The notes beneath the pieces were generated by a model that was not told where the DNA came from, made no database searches, and saw only the letters and a list, made by a program, of their open reading frames with translations. Position numbers and translations under genes: made by a program. DNA of 63,187 bases, the filler included, from Nitrospinota bacterium (GTDB taxonomy: Bacteria > JAUXIQ01): NCBI GenBank assembly GCA_030620925.1. It is 9 parts of 9 records of this genome, joined end to end, with 100 filler letters (N's around TTAATTAATTAA, not from the genome) between each part and the next. Parts side by side here need not be neighbours in the genome. Positions count along the whole stretch, not along the records: positions 47,089 to 55,985 come from JAUXIQ010000059.1; positions 56,086 to 59,056 come from JAUXIQ010000378.1; positions 59,157 to 63,187 come from JAUXIQ010000263.1; 6 more parts are not named here. One strand, 5' to 3'. This document shows, piece by piece, positions 50,374-63,187 of this stretch. Every line of letters begins with the position of its first letter. Positions within the stretch are counted from its first letter, which is position 1.

Positions 50374-50760
50374 ATGGCAGAGATAACCAAAGAGGATGTG
50401 GTCTCCTTCATTGAGAAGATGACCGTGCTTGAGTTATCCGAGTTCGTGAAAGAATTGGAGGAGAAATTCGGTGTGGTGGCTGCGGCGCCTGTAGCGGTAG
50501 CAGCGGGTGCAATGGCTGAGGGCGGCGGTGATGCCGCTGATGAGGAGCAGACGCAATTTGACGTCGTCCTTGCCAGTATAGGCGAGAAAAAAATCCAGGT
50601 GATAAAGGAAGTTAGAGCAATCACGGGACTGGGGCTCAAAGAAGCCAAGACGCTTGTGGAAGAGGCGCCCAAGCCCGTGAAGGAAAGTGTGAGCAAGGAA
50701 GAGGCAGAGGAGCTTAAAGGAAAGCTCGAGGCCGTGGGAGCCACCGCGGAGATAAAGTAA
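50374..50760 (+). CDS. rplL: 50S ribosomal protein L7/L12
   Basis: [27 protein letters not shown]. Confidence 0.99.
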   Translation: MAEITKEDVVSFIEKMTVLELSEFVKELEEKFGVVAAAPVAVAAGAMAEGGGDAADEEQTQFDVVLASIGEKKIQVIKEVRAITGLGLKEAKTLVEEAPKPVKESVSKEEAEELKGKLEAVGATAEIK

Positions 50761-50840
50761 AGTACACCACGAAACCTTCCGCCCCGCCGGGGCCGGGAGT
50801 GTTTCCATTCTCCTGAAAGAGGTCAAGTTTAGGAGGAAAG

Positions 50841-54896
<4,056 letters not shown>

Positions 54897-54934
54897 GGCG
54901 GTATTTGAGCGAAACTCCGCTTTATTTTTTTTAA

Positions 54935-55985
<1,051 letters not shown>

Positions 55986-56085
55986 NNNNNNNNNNNNNNN
56001 NNNNNNNNNNNNNNNNNNNNNNNNNNNNNTTAATTAATTAANNNNNNNNNNNNNNNNNNNNNNNNNNNNNNNNNNNNNNNNNNNN

Positions 56086-56468
56086 GAGCGGGATCAGGGG
56101 AAGTGGGGGGGCTCTACCTGGTGGGGGTAGACCCGGTAGAGGATATCGGCGCTGAAGAACCGCTGGGAAAGCTGGACTTCCTGGTGGTTCAGGACCTGTT
56201 CATGACCAAAACAGCCTTGAAAGCGGACGTCTTCCTCCCCGCCGCCAGTTTCGCTGAAAAACCGGGGAGCTTCACGAACGCTCTGGGCCTGGTGCAAAAG
56301 TTCCACCGCTCCTTCAAGCCCATCGGAAATTCCCTGGAGGACTGGAAAATTTTCGCCCGGATGGCAGAGGCCCTGGGAACAGATTTCGGATATACAGGCA
56401 TCAGGGACATACAGGAAGAGATTAACCGTCTGTGGGAAAAGTTGACCGGCGGGCGATACATACAATGA
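56086..56468 (+). CDS. C-terminal fragment of a molybdopterin oxidoreductase family protein (NuoG/FdhF-like)
   Basis: LDFLVVQDLFMTKTALKADVFLPAASFAEKPGSFTN, DWKI. Confidence 0.85.
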
Positions 56469-56549
56469 CCCGAAGCAGGAGCTGCGAGCCTCGACAAACC
56501 TGCCCGCTCGCGCCTCGTAACCTTCAAGTGGGCGAACAAGGAGAGGGGC

Positions 56550-57422
56550 ATGACAACAGAAGAGGATAAAAACGATACCGTAAAGGTAAAGTTCTGGGGC
56601 GCCAGGGGCTCCATTCCTGTGCCGGGGTCGAGGACAGTCAAATACGGCGGCAACACCTCCTGCGTAGAGGTAAGATTACCCACCGGACAGTTGATCGTTC
56701 TGGACGCCGGCACGGGTATTCGCGCCCTGGGCAACAGCCTCAACTACAAGGAAGGCCACCTGGACATCACCCTCTTCCTCACCCATTATCACTGGGACCA
56801 CATACAGGGCCTCCCTTTCTTCGGCCCCGCCTATCATCCCAACAACACCATAAGGATCATGGGTATCGACCACCCGGAGTTACACATAAGAGAGATCATC
56901 TCCGCTCAAATGGAGCCCATATATTTCCCCGTCAGCCTCTCCCGCCTCAAGGCCGAAATCAAGTTTGACATCATCTGGGGAAAATACTTCGAAATCGGAG
57001 ACATTCGTGTCGAGACCATAGAGGCCAAACATCTAGGCCCCACCCTCTCCTACAAAATAAGCTTCAACGGGAAAAGTCTGGTCTACATGACCGACACCGA
57101 GCTGGACAGAAACGGCACCGACAGCAAGCTGCTGGATAAAATCGTAGCTTTCGTGCAGGGAGCCGATCTGCTTATCCATGACGCCCAGTACTCCGACCAG
57201 GAATACCCTCAAAAAAAAGGATGGGGACATTCCACGTGGAACGACTCCGCCTGGCTGGCCGTCGAAGCAGAAGTTCAAAAACTGGCCCTGTTTCACCACG
57301 ACCCCGAACGCTCAGACCGCCAGGTGGACCATTTCCTGGAAGAGTGCAATGAGGAACTGACCGCCAAGAGCAAGTCCACCACCTGCTGGGGCGCTATGGA
57401 GGGGTTGGAACTCCTGCTGTGA
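56550..57422 (+). CDS. Metallo-beta-lactamase-fold hydrolase (phosphodiesterase/RNase Z-like)
   Basis: FWGARGSIP, YGGNTSCVE, DAGTG, THYHWDHIQG, DAQY, GWGHS, FHHDP. Confidence 0.9.
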   Translation: MTTEEDKNDTVKVKFWGARGSIPVPGSRTVKYGGNTSCVEVRLPTGQLIVLDAGTGIRALGNSLNYKEGHLDITLFLTHYHWDHIQGLPFFGPAYHPNNTIRIMGIDHPELHIREIISAQMEPIYFPVSLSRLKAEIKFDIIWGKYFEIGDIRVETIEAKHLGPTLSYKISFNGKSLVYMTDTELDRNGTDSKLLDKIVAFVQGADLLIHDAQYSDQEYPQKKGWGHSTWNDSAWLAVEAEVQKLALFHHDPERSDRQVDHFLEECNEELTAKSKSTTCWGAMEGLELLL

Positions 57423-57464
57423 AAATGTCCGTCCGAACTTCCACCGGAAACGAGGAGTAGAGCT

Positions 57465-58706
57465 ATGTCCCCTGCAAGCGCACTGCCCGAAGATGCCAGG
57501 AAAGAGCTGGAAGCCATCGGCGGGGCGGATATCCTGGTAGGCATCCCCAGCTTTAATAACGCGGCGACCATCGGTAAGGTAGTCGTTGCTTCAGCTCAGG
57601 GGATGGTGGAACACTTCCCCGGCCTTAAACCACTGCTTCTAAACTCCGACGGCGGCTCCTCCGACGAAACACCGGAGGCTTTCATGGCCTCAAAAACGGA
57701 CTCCGCCGTGAAAAAACTCGCCGTCCGCTACCAGGGGATTCCCGGCAAGGGCAGCTCGCTCAGAGCTATTTTCGAAGCCTGCAGCCTGCTGGGGGTTAAA
57801 GTGGGGCTGGTTGTGGATTCCGACCTGCGCAGTATAACCCCTGAGTGGATAAAACTGCTGGCCGGGCCGGTGGTGGAAGGGCGGGCCGGTTACGTATCCC
57901 CCTATTACGCCCGCCACAAATACGACGGCACCATCACCAACAACATCGTCTATCCCACCACCCGCGCGCTCTACGGCGTTCGTATACGCCAGCCCATCGG
58001 GGGAGATTTCGCCTTCTCGGGCGCCCTGGCCGGCATCTACACGGAGAAGGACGTGTGGGAGACGGACGTGGCCAAATTCGGCATCGACGTGTTCATGACC
58101 ACCACCGCCGTCATGGAAGAAGTCACTGTCTGCCAGGCCAATCTTGGTGCGAAAATACACGACCCGAGAGACCCCGCAGCATCGCTGGGCCCCATGTTCC
58201 GTCAGGTAACGGGCACCATATTCCGCCTGATGAGCCAATACCAGGAACGGTGGACGCAGGTCTCCGGAAGCGAGCCCGCACCCATCCTGGGGCCCGAGAC
58301 AGAAATCGAGCCGGAGCCGGTAAACGTAGACCTCCCCGCACTGCTGCAGCGTTTCCGCGACGGCTGCAAGGAATCCGCCCCTTTATTGAAGGGGTGTATC
58401 TCGCCGGAGAACTTCGAGGAGTTGAACGAAGCGGCGGGGGCGGAAGGGCGGAAACGCGAGCTCTCGCCCCGACTCTGGGCGCGAATCGTCTACGATTTCG
58501 CCCTGGAATATAACAGGGGCGGGAAAGAGCCAGACGAGGTGGTGGACGCCATGACCCCCATATACTTCGGCCGGGTGGCCTCTTTCGTCATCCAGACCGC
58601 CGATATGTCCACCGCTCAGGCGGAAAAGCTGATCGAAGAACAGGGGGAAATCTTCGAGCAGGAGAAACCCTACCTGCTGCAACGCTGGCGGGAAATAAAC
58701 CCTTGA
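57465..58706 (+). CDS. GT-A glycosyltransferase, glucosylglycerate/mannosylglycerate synthase-like
   Basis: VGIPSFNNAATI, SDGGS, PGKGS, VDSDLRSITPEW, RHKYDGTITN, RQPIGGDF, FGID. Confidence 0.8.
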   Translation: MSPASALPEDARKELEAIGGADILVGIPSFNNAATIGKVVVASAQGMVEHFPGLKPLLLNSDGGSSDETPEAFMASKTDSAVKKLAVRYQGIPGKGSSLRAIFEACSLLGVKVGLVVDSDLRSITPEWIKLLAGPVVEGRAGYVSPYYARHKYDGTITNNIVYPTTRALYGVRIRQPIGGDFAFSGALAGIYTEKDVWETDVAKFGIDVFMTTTAVMEEVTVCQANLGAKIHDPRDPAASLGPMFRQVTGTIFRLMSQYQERWTQVSGSEPAPILGPETEIEPEPVNVDLPALLQRFRDGCKESAPLLKGCISPENFEELNEAAGAEGRKRELSPRLWARIVYDFALEYNRGGKEPDEVVDAMTPIYFGRVASFVIQTADMSTAQAEKLIEEQGEIFEQEKPYLLQRWREINP

Positions 58707-58714
58707 TGCATAAT

Positions 58715-59056
58715 GCAGGGGCGCCCCTACGACTCAGCATTGTGTCATTCTGAGGCCCGCCTTCCGTGAGATATGTAGGGGCGACCGGCCGGTCGCCCTT
58801 AATCACCCTCCCTTATTCCCTCCCTTCAAGGGAGGGAGACTCTAGTAACCTGTGAAACCCTGAATCGTTAATGGAGGCACCTCACACCTGTCATTCTGAG
58901 CGAAGCGAAGAATCTCGCTCACCCTGGCAAACCCGCGTTCTTTGGGCTTTCAAAATCCCCCTCCCTTTTTTCCCCTCTATGCCTGCCCCGCGGAAGGCGG
59001 GGCCAGGGGAGGGGAAGTTTATTGCTGGCGGAATCGCGGCAAGATGCCGCTCCTAC
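58715..59056. repeat. Second mosaic array of REP-like and hairpin repeats at contig end
   Basis: GCAGGGGCGCCCCTAC, GTAGGGGCGACCGGCCGGTCGCCC, CCCTCCCTTCAAGGGAGGG, a homolog (58890-58974) of 9728-9814, and TCGCGGCAAGATGCCGCTCCTAC. Confidence 0.88.
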
Positions 59057-59162
59057 NNNNNNNNNNNNNNNNNNNNNNNNNNNNNNNNNNNNNNNNNNNN
59101 TTAATTAATTAANNNNNNNNNNNNNNNNNNNNNNNNNNNNNNNNNNNNNNNNNNNNCAAGGA

Positions 59163-59558
59163 ATGGGCAGGAAAGCATTTAAACCCGAGCAGACCATAAG
59201 GGAATTACGAGAGGAGGAGGTTTTTCTGAGTCAAGGTCATACAGTAGGAGATGTAAGCCGTAAGCTTGGGATTACGGAGCTGACTTATTACTGCAGGCGT
59301 AATAATGAGCGATACTACATATAGTGACTAGATGTTTCGGTTCAAAAGCTTCAATATCTTGCCACTATTAACAGTTAGCAATCCCGCGAATAAAATCTGG
59401 ATATTGAAACCTTTTGAGCTATCAAATTCCGTTAATGGATAGCAGATATCGAAAGTTTGTAGGGTAAACTTCGACCACTATGTGTAGATGTACCAAGAAA
59501 ACCCTCATAGCCAGCAACTATAACTTTGAAAGTAGTCTTGTAAACGGGTGCAGGTAAA
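59163..59558 (+). mobile_element. Degenerate IS3-family remnant
   Basis: 59163-59324 translates to MGRKAFKPEQTIRELREEEVFLSQGHTVGDVSRKLGITELTYYCRR..., resembling IS3 OrfA HTH. No intact OrfB. 59517-59558 weakly resembles an IS3 right end. Confidence 0.7.
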
Positions 59559-59735
59559 TCCTGAACCCTTTTGTTGTTTTCCTTAAACTATTCCCCCTGT
59601 TTTATAAAGGATCTCCTTTAAATTTTTGCGATCTTCTGATAAAGTCTCAATGGCAGCATCTTAACGGTCTGGTAAAGGTAAAGTATTAAGTCCATGTGAA
59701 ATGCGTTTTGGCAATCCAATATTGAGGAGCAGCAG

Positions 59736-60848
59736 ATGTCAATCATCTTTGAACCCATGACCATCAACAAAATGGAAGTAAAAAACCGCATCGTCCGTTC
59801 CGCTACCTACGAGGGGATGGCCGACGAACCCGGATACCCAACCGAGACGTTAATCAACATGACCGAAGACCTCGCCAAGGGCGAAGTAGGGCTGGTGGTT
59901 CCCGGCTTCCTATATGTATCACCCGATGGCAAAGCAACGCCACGGCAGACAAGCATAGTCTCTGATGATACAGTCCCTCAACTGAAGAAGCTGGTGGACA
60001 GGGTCCACGCGGCGGGCGATAAAGTCTGTGCTCAGATTGTTCATGCCGGCAGGCAGTCTCATCCGGACCTGATTGGCGGGCTTACCCCGATAGGACCTTC
60101 ACCGGTCACTTTTGCGCCCTCAAAGATTACACCGCGTGAAATGACGATTGAAGACATCAACCGTGTCATAGACGATTTCGGCGAAGGGGCACGAAGGGCC
60201 AAAGAAGCCGGGTTCGATGCCGTTCAGTTACACTCAGCCCATGGTTACCTCATAAGTGCTTTCAATTCAGGCTATTCCAACATCAGGACGGACCAGTATG
60301 GCGGGAACCTCGAGAACCGCATGCGCTTTGTGCTGGAAGTCTATAGAAAAGTGCGGGAGAAGGTGGGGCCCGACTACCCGGTTATGATAAAGCTCAGCTC
60401 AGCCGACTTTACGGAAAATGGCACCACCATCGATGAGTCGAAGCAGATCGCGCTGCGGCTGGCCGAAGAGGGTATGGACGCCATCGAGGTGAGCGGGGGG
60501 ACGATGGAAGGGACCAAAAGCCCGGCATGGACGAAAATTAACAGCGATACCGACGAAGGCTACTACCTGTCGAACGCCGAAACAATTAAGGAGCTGGTGG
60601 GTGATAAAGCCAAGGTCATCGCAGTAGGCGGACTTAGAAGCCCCGGAGTGATAGAGCAGGCGCTGGAGGCGGGCAAAGCGGATTTTGTAGCCATCTGCCG
60701 CCCTCTTATCAGGGAACCCGATCTGGTGAAGAAATGGAAAGAAGGGAACATGAAAAGAGCAGATTGTATATCATGTAACCTCTGCTTCGCCGAGTCGGGA
60801 AAGGAGGGGGGTACCTGTTGCGGTTATCTGAAAAAGGAGCAGGAATAG
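59736..60848 (+). CDS. NADH:flavin oxidoreductase (OYE family), paralog of 15443-16549
   Basis: KNRIVRSATYEGMA, AGFDAVQLHSAHGYL, NIRTDQYGG, CISCNLC. Confidence 0.93.
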   Translation: MSIIFEPMTINKMEVKNRIVRSATYEGMADEPGYPTETLINMTEDLAKGEVGLVVPGFLYVSPDGKATPRQTSIVSDDTVPQLKKLVDRVHAAGDKVCAQIVHAGRQSHPDLIGGLTPIGPSPVTFAPSKITPREMTIEDINRVIDDFGEGARRAKEAGFDAVQLHSAHGYLISAFNSGYSNIRTDQYGGNLENRMRFVLEVYRKVREKVGPDYPVMIKLSSADFTENGTTIDESKQIALRLAEEGMDAIEVSGGTMEGTKSPAWTKINSDTDEGYYLSNAETIKELVGDKAKVIAVGGLRSPGVIEQALEAGKADFVAICRPLIREPDLVKKWKEGNMKRADCISCNLCFAESGKEGGTCCGYLKKEQE

Positions 60849-61046
60849 CTTGGAGATGTCTGACTTGGCCCCCAAAATCAGGCCAGGTTTCAGGGAGAAG
60901 GTCACAACCTGCTTGTATACAATTGATGGGCTTCTCATTTGACCAACGCCTTTGAACAAGCCACCGGTTTCTTGAAAACGCAGCCGGCCAGGCTGGATGA
61001 ACTTGAAATTTTGTCCCCGGGAGTACAATATAGAGAGGTTTTCTGA

Positions 61047-61823
61047 ATGGCCTTTAATATCAGTGTAGAATTGTCCCACGTCTGTCCCCTTGAGGAAATC
61101 ACAAAACACACCGCCGCTCTTGAGTACCATGGTTACTATCGGGTGTGGATTCCGGATACCATAGTCTCCCCATGGGAAGCCTGGCTGGCGGCCAGCCTCA
61201 TTATGCAGCACACCAGCCACCTCGAGATTGGGCTGGGGGTGACCAATCCCTACACCCGCCATCCGGTGGTAGTTGCTCAAATGGCGGCCACCATGCAGCG
61301 TCTCAGTGGCCAGCGTCTGGCTTTATCTATCGGCAAAGGCATCGAACGGGTCCTGGAGAAGGCTGGAATCAACCAACATGATTCGGCCGTGGAGGAGTGC
61401 ATTACTGTTTTGCGTAGCCTGATAGTCGGTGAGCGCACGAGCATTGACGGTCAGGCCTTTCACATTGACGGAATGCGCATCAGGACGCTTCCTCCGGATA
61501 AGGTTGTTCCCATCTACCTGGCGGCTATCAGTCCCCCCAGTTGGGAGGCGGCCATGCGGGTGGCCGACGGCGTGGCCACCATCTGGAGTGATGAGATTGC
61601 TGAGATCCGCGGACGGGTTATGGCCGAAAGAACGCTTCCCACGGCCGCGCTTATCCCCTTTTCGCTCTCGCAGGGAGATTTTTTTGAAGGATTGAATAGG
61701 GTCAGCTCTCTGGACGAACTGCGGGAATGTGTCGAAAAAGTGAAGGTAGCGGGCATTGACGAGGTGATCGTAGCCTACAGGGATATAACGGACCTGGAGA
61801 CAGCCGCCCGGTTAATTGAATAG
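61047..61823 (+). CDS. LLM-class (luciferase-like) flavin/F420-dependent oxidoreductase, short form
   Basis: RVWIPD, IGLGVTNPYTRHPVVVA, PIYLAA, VADGV. Confidence 0.85.
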   Translation: MAFNISVELSHVCPLEEITKHTAALEYHGYYRVWIPDTIVSPWEAWLAASLIMQHTSHLEIGLGVTNPYTRHPVVVAQMAATMQRLSGQRLALSIGKGIERVLEKAGINQHDSAVEECITVLRSLIVGERTSIDGQAFHIDGMRIRTLPPDKVVPIYLAAISPPSWEAAMRVADGVATIWSDEIAEIRGRVMAERTLPTAALIPFSLSQGDFFEGLNRVSSLDELRECVEKVKVAGIDEVIVAYRDITDLETAARLIE

Positions 61824-61961
61824 GGGGTGTGCTGACAGTATTTGCACACCATGAATAATTATGGATTCGACTACCACCTACGGATAGCAGAAACTGAAAT
61901 AAATTTCCATTTATATCTTCATACAACAGTTAGAAATAAAACCTTTGATAACCGATATCAT

Positions 61962-62861
61962 TCAGGGCGTCATCTGCATGAACTGCTGGATGAGGGGCAC
62001 CAGTATCTCAGGCGCATCCTCTTGGCAAAAATGGCCAACCCCGGGCAAGGTGACAACCGGCCCTTGGGGATAGAGTGACTTAAAATCGGCTATGGCACGC
62101 TCCGGGTCGATAGCATAGTCTTCAAGGCCCTCAGCCAGCATGGCCGGTTTCCCTTTCAGGGCATCAACGCCACCGGACCCTTCAATCATATATTCCCTTA
62201 TCCGTTGAAGATATGCGTCCAGCGGAAACTCGATACCGCCGATGCAGGACGCCTTATCTGGAAAAGGCGAGGAGTAGGCCTGAATCCAGGTTTCGTCCAC
62301 TGCGGCTGAATTCTGAAAGCCGAGCTTCTTCATGACGCTCAAAATGTTGCTGCCTAAATTGCCCAATACCTCCTCAAGCGTCCCGGCTTCATGGTGTTTT
62401 CCGATCCACTGAAACCAGGGGGTGAGTTCACCTCGTGGGAGATCACCGTAACCGAGAATGGTGTTCATCAGACATATGCGCTTGACCCGCTGGGGATAAC
62501 GCACGGTGAACGACGACGTCATGGGTCCCCCCCAGTCCTGGCCCACAAAAGTGATATCTTTAAGGTCCAGCTCCTCGATCAAAGCGGTCAGGTTTTCAAC
62601 ATGGCTTTTCAGCACGTATTCCCTGTCCTGCGGTGTCTCGCTCTTTCCGAAACCCATATGGTCGGGTACGATGACCCGATAAGATTTTGCCAGAGGCGGT
62701 ATGAAATTGCGATACAGATAACCCCAGGTCGGTTCGCCGTGTAGGCAGATAATAGGCTCCCCTTCGCCTTCATCAACATAATGCTGCCGAAATCCGGCCG
62801 CTTCACAGAAATGTGGCTTAAAGGGAAATGTTCCATTGAAGGTTTCATTTGCAGGAATCAT
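61962..62861 (-). CDS. Haloalkane dehalogenase-like alpha/beta hydrolase
   Basis: HYVDEG, HGEPTWGYLYR, PDHMGFGKSETP, GQDWGG (Asp nucleophile), GHFCQEDAP. Confidence 0.88.
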   Translation of the reverse strand: MIPANETFNGTFPFKPHFCEAAGFRQHYVDEGEGEPIICLHGEPTWGYLYRNFIPPLAKSYRVIVPDHMGFGKSETPQDREYVLKSHVENLTALIEELDLKDITFVGQDWGGPMTSSFTVRYPQRVKRICLMNTILGYGDLPRGELTPWFQWIGKHHEAGTLEEVLGNLGSNILSVMKKLGFQNSAAVDETWIQAYSSPFPDKASCIGGIEFPLDAYLQRIREYMIEGSGGVDALKGKPAMLAEGLEDYAIDPERAIADFKSLYPQGPVVTLPGVGHFCQEDAPEILVPLIQQFMQMTP

Positions 62862-63005
62862 TTTTCTTTCCTTTTGACGGCTGAATCGTTAGTTCTTCAG
62901 TTCAGTTCAACGGGACAACAATCTTCTATAAATAATAATTAGCTCCGGGCAAGCGCTTTCAACGGCTCGTCCGGAGCTTCAACGTCACATATCTTCAGCC
63001 AGGTG

Positions 63006-63187
63006 TTATTGGTACAGCGCGCGGGTCTCTTCGTCCATGGCGGCGATGTGCTCTTCCCCTTTTTCAGGTGAAACACGCTCCAGAGAACCGTCCGGTTGTT
63101 GGATGATCACGCCGTTAGTGGTCAACGCTTTGAAGCGCTCGGCACGTATATTTTTGTCGGAATGGCAGAGGAGCTGGCAGTTGGCGC
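63006..63187 (-). CDS. C-terminal end of a probable 4Fe-4S protein (epoxyqueuosine reductase-like); runs off the window edge
   Basis: Manual translation (C)ANCQLLCHSDKNIRAERFKALTTNGVIIQQPDGSLERVSPEKGEEHIAAMDEETRALYQ*. The first Cys codon is cut by the window edge; the family call is from recall. Confidence 0.55.
   Translation of the reverse strand, partial: ANCQLLCHSDKNIRAERFKALTTNGVIIQQPDGSLERVSPEKGEEHIAAMDEETRALYQ

Overview
This window is a scaffold of nine short contigs from one moderately GC-rich bacterial genome, probably a MAG. The contigs are joined by artificial 100-nt linkers (N44-TTAATTAATTAA-N44), so gene order across linkers carries no meaning. Content is mostly housekeeping: thiL-lon-galU; aroC-aroA; rtcB; thrC-like; ispH; the rimP-nusA-ylxR-infB-ylxP-rbfA-truB-rpsO-pnp cluster; ftsH, hsp20, clpB; and tuf-rpmG-tRNA-Trp-secE-nusG-rplKAJL-rpoB-rpoC. 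There are also catabolic/redox genes (acyl-CoA ligases and dehydrogenase, two OYE paralogs, an LLM-family enzyme, a haloalkane dehalogenase-like hydrolase) and an anmK operon. Gene style suggests a Desulfobacterota/Nitrospinota-like lineage (inference only). Most notable: (1) RpoB carries a 30-aa Cys4 insert that looks like a charge-reversed copy of the RpoC zinc-binding domain of the same operon; (2) a SAM-I riboswitch with a long P4 controls a threonine-synthase-like gene, suggesting a sulfur/methionine role; (3) IspH is fused to an apparently degenerate UbiA-like membrane domain and followed by an acyl-CoA ligase remnant; (4) mosaic REP-like arrays contain a 17-nt micro-hairpin nested inside different REP types; (5) hsp20 has a 1-nt frameshift that removes its IXI motif; (6) a small basic putative DNA-binding protein sits behind a long AT-rich spacer. 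I found no CRISPR array, prophage or intact transposon.
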